Source of the DNA: Asterias rubens
Lineage: Eukaryota
Length of the DNA stretch: 64,000 bases
Reading direction: 5' to 3'
Assembly: GCF_902459465.1 (NCBI RefSeq)
Contig: NC_047081.1
Location: 9,176,001 to 9,240,000, forward strand
The translations under genes were made by a program, and so were the position numbers. Of the stretch, positions 60,501 through 64,000 are shown in pieces (position 1 is the stretch's first letter; every line of letters begins with the position of its first letter). The notes beneath the pieces are model-generated. The model was given only the letters and a program-made list of their open reading frames with translations, did no database searches and was not told where the DNA came from.

Positions 60501-63500
60501 ATTCAGCAAGTAGACACTACATTCACAACCTTTTTCATGTGACTGCCATTGTACATTTCTTTATAATTGTGTCTATCGTTGCAGAAAACAAAACAGTCTA
60601 TGGCCCTCCCTTTAAACTTATACTCTGTATTTTCACAGGTCCCCGTCCACGGTCAGACAGAGTCGCTCCTTAGCTACTGGTGCTGTATCACTAGTACGGT
60701 TACAACTCGGGCATCGACCGACAAACGAGCGTACATACCCGGTGAAACGGCGTATATTACAGCCATCGTCCACGGTTCGAGTGGAACTAGATATGACGTC
60801 ATCATTAAACTTGTACAGGTGAGTTTGGTACGCCTTGAGGTACGTTCTTTTTTTTATACAATTACTACAGACTATAGGCGACTCTATTAATTCATTTGCG
60901 TGATTTTAATATTGTCTGGTACAATGACGTGCTTGACCACAAGTTGCCACTTAGGTTTAAATTACCCCGACTATAGTCAGTTGCTATGTCACGTGATTCG
61001 GGGCAAGCTTTTTCGTATAGTTACGTAACACCCATCATACACAATTCTGAATGAATGTGTATGGCACAATGGTACTGGGGTGTCTTTATTCTTAGTCAAA
61101 GAAGCCAATGTTACAAAACTTTATTCAAATCTATCTTGCAAAAGGATTTTTCAGTTAACATGTCGAATACTTATCTGAGGTTCAACAGAATGATCGAGGA
61201 ATTCTCTCATTGTCAAACTATGTTACAATGGGAGACTTTTGGGATGCTTGGTGGCAGCAGACTTACCAGGTAAAATCCATTGTTCTCGGTAATATGCGCA
61301 GGCTCAGAACTACGTAAACAATAGACCTTATCGCAAATACCAATGCGCAAGCGCAGACTGTTGAATGAGGTGCATTGTGGGATATATATGGATCAAATTT
61401 GGATACCAGCTAGACCACAATGCACCTAATTCCAAGCTTTACGCGCGCGCCCCGGTATTTGCGAAAAGGTCTATGGAAATTTACCTGGTAAGTCTGCTGC
61501 CACCTAGCGTTCCAAAGTCTCCCATTGATATTTTCCAAACGAAGTCAATTCATTATTTTATAAAAAAAAATTAACATGACTTTATTATTATCAAAGGAAG
61601 CAACTTTTCGAGGTACTGGTTCCACGTACAGCTCCTCCGGCGTGACTGTAGAGACTCGAACCAACCGCACATGCCAACGGTACCGCGTCTTAGCACGAAA
61701 GAAGACTAGCGGTGTGTTACAGAGACGAGGGGAGACTACACTTCAACGAGAGCCAATGATCATACCTGATAACATGCCGGACACTGGCTTCGAGGGATGC
61801 AGCGTTATTGATATCAACTACTTTATTACTGTGAGTTTAATTAAGGTAGTATACGGGATTGGTAAGGGGGGGTAAAATTTTAATCCGGACGCTTATCTAT
61901 TCATACTAGAACCAATTGTCTATTAAATATTTCACGGGAAAAACCTTGTATCTTGCTACCACTTTTTCATTCATTTTACATACGGAAACATTTCTGACAT
62001 TAAAACCACAAGTTAAATACGGACAATTTGTTTTATACTTTGTGAATATTTTTTTTTCATCGTATTTTCTCACGAGTCACACAACGGATTAAAGGCAGTG
62101 GACATTATGGTAATTGTCAAAGACTCATCACAGTTGGTGTATATCAATATATGCATAAAATAACAAACCTGTGAAAATTTGTTCTCAATCGGTCATCGAA
62201 CTTGCGAGGTAGTAATGAAAGACAAAAAAAAACCTTGTCACACAAAGTTGTGTGCGTTTCGAGACCTCAAGTTCTAAATCTGAGGTCTCGAAATCAAATT
62301 CGTGGAAAATTACTTCTTTCTCGAAAATTATGGCACTTCAGAGGGAGCTGTTTCTCACAATGTTTTATACCATCAACCTCTCCCCATTACTCGTCACCAA
62401 GAAAGGTTTTACGCTAATAATTATTTTGAGTAATTATCATTAGTGTCCACTACTTTTGAGACCATTTTACAGGTCTGTTACTTCATGTGTCATGATGTTT
62501 TCACAAAACACTGTCTACGAGTATTTTGTCAACTCTTTGCCAATCCAGTGTACAATGCATGCGCTTGAATCAAGCCCTATGTCGGCATAATGCGAATTTA
62601 GAAATGCAAAATATACAATACATTGTAAACTGTCTCATAAACGTTTCTATAGGTTGCTCCAGTTGTTTCGAGTATGTTCCGATCCAATGACACAGAGATC
62701 AGTCTACCGATCTCTATTGGTCGTATTCCATTTACGGCACTCCCTTCATACCTAGCGACAACTTCACACATTGGTCTTCCTGCAGGTAATTTATGCTTAC
62801 TTTTATTTTTAAAGTTTGTTTCTAAACTCTATACCAGGGAAGTGTATTGTGTTTTTTAATTTTTTTAAGGGAAGGTACTTGTGAAAGACCATGGGTTCTC
62901 ATCCTGGTGTATCCAATCAAAACCATAAAATAACAAGCCTGAGAAGATTTGGGCCCAATCGGTCATCGAAGTTGCAAGAAAATTATGAAAGAAAAAACAC
63001 CCTTGTTGAACGAATTTGTGTGCTTTCAGATAGGAATAAAAGGATCTAGCTAGAAGTATTTTATTATTTGAGTGAGAATTTACCTCTTTCTCAAAAACTA
63101 CGTTGCTTCAGAGGGAGTCGTCACCCACAATGTTTTATACTATCAACAGCTCTCCAATGCTCGTTACCAAGTCAGTTTTTAAGTTAATATTTGTTTTGAG
63201 TAATTACCAAACGTGTACCTTCTCTTTAAAGGGGGGTAACGTTGCCTTTGGGCTATAACAAGTATTTGTTTAAAAAACAGAATTAATGTTTGAAAGATAG
63301 TTTAAAAGTAATATAATGACTCACAAATATTCCCTGAAAATGTGTGATTTTCTGTTTAAATTAACGACAGGAGATGGTCTGCCATTTTGTAGAACAAAAG
63401 GTTATGCTCCACAAAACGGTGGAATGTATACTGTTTTGCTGGTTGAATTTCTAGAGGTAAATTCGTAGTTTTTCTTTAATCGCTAGCAATAGACTCACTT

Positions 63501-64000
63501 ACTATAACCAATGTTAATGTTTTAGTGCACCATGAATAATGTTTAAAAGTACGAGGAGCAATTCCAAACAGGAAACTTACCACAAATCTTGTTTTCACTG
63601 TTTCGTACAGAGCCTCCACCAAGCTATGCGACTGCGACGTCTTCCCTTAACGTCACACCCATCGACCAATCAAATATAAGCTTCGTCAACCAAGGCTACT
63701 CTCCTGAAATTGAGTTGTTGAGACTCAATTCGTCACGTGATGAAAACGAACCAATCATCTCCATCCCAGCACCTGTTCCGTCGACGTCAAACAATCACGT
63801 GGCAAACAGTTTTCATGGTGACACCAACCAAGATCAGATCGACGGAAGGTTGTCGATGACAATCCAACCAGAGGTCCACGGTGTCGAAAACATGGCTTTC
63901 TCGTCAGACGGTCAAGTGGTCGACAACTCCGAAGTTGGAGAACAGCTGTCGACAAATGTCGACGATGAAGACGAAGTGATTGGAACACTTACTCCACCGG
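57501..64000 (+). CDS. Alpha-arrestin / arrestin domain-containing protein (ARRDC-like), 3' end outside window
   Basis: Exons 57501-57642, 58325-58474, 59668-59891, 60639-60818, 61597-61830, 62653-62785, 63611->64000 splice in frame. Arrestin-type motifs VYSPGNQVTG, GLHSFPFEFRLP..LPSDYEG..GHVRY, TDKRAYIPGE, IDINYFI, LPISIG, plus a PPPSY (PPxY) motif. Confidence 0.9.
58521..58648. mobile_element. Palindromic ~140-bp MITE in ARRDC intron 2
   Basis: Family arms gacgctaggtggcag / ctgccacctagcg. Confidence 0.7.
59238..59640 (+). mobile_element. L2/CR1-group LINE 3' end in ARRDC intron 2
   Basis: Translates to WLPVNQRIQLKIIILTFKALHGSAPPYIHDLL...SYGDRAYSNIAPRLWNSLP...KLKTHL (RT C-terminus, with frameshifts), ending in a (TTA)n tail. 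Confidence 0.85.
59917..60066. mobile_element. Palindromic ~140-bp MITE in ARRDC intron 3
   Basis: Family arms. Confidence 0.75.
61226..61527. mobile_element. Palindromic MITE in ARRDC intron 4 interrupted by a nested AGACC...GGTCT element (61323-61472)
   Basis: Host arms intact; insert has inverted repeat agaccttatcgcaaatacc / ggtatttgcgaaaaggtct. Confidence 0.75.
62093..62455. mobile_element. Kolobok-type MITE family 1 in ARRDC intron 5
   Basis: TTAA plus TIR and core. Confidence 0.75.
62869..63225. mobile_element. Kolobok-type MITE subfamily in ARRDC intron 6
   Basis: ggaaggtac...gtaccttc termini, TTAA flanks. Confidence 0.7.

Noticed and set aside
5182-62443. Many 60-125-aa ORFs with SKSEVSKSNSWKITSFSKT or LCAFRCLISRPQ motifs
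   Set aside because: All fall within copies of the same non-coding Kolobok-type MITE; they are translation of repeat DNA, with variable starts and frameshifts.

Overview
Eukaryotic (animal) genomic DNA, AT-rich (roughly 36-38% GC by eye), with GT-AG spliced genes and dense short repeats. An invertebrate deuterostome such as an echinoderm is plausible but inferred only. No prokaryotic features and no CRISPR arrays. About 1-18 kb is repeat-rich with no gene I can support. Genes: a single-exon ~420-aa disordered orphan ORF (-, 18315-19577); a Pro/Gln/Tyr/Gly-rich CYSTM-type protein (+, 24297-24716); four intact 5-exon sigma-class GST genes in two sequence subtypes plus one frameshifted orphan GST exon (29.4-55.9 kb); RPS24 embedded inside the GST cluster; and an alpha-arrestin (ARRDC-like) gene running off the right edge. 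Repeats: about 25 TTAA-flanked Kolobok-type MITEs, CTG-flanked Harbinger-type MITEs, a CCGG-flanked Ginger1-type element, tRNA-derived SINEs, an L2 3' end and minisatellites. Most notable: divergent glutathione-site residues in the two GST subtypes, two Penelope-type hammerhead-like motifs, a candidate H/ACA snoRNA in RPS24 intron 2, a MITE family carrying CTCF-like motifs, and TTAA-bounded cargo capture and duplication events. All homology calls are from pattern recognition; no searches were run.
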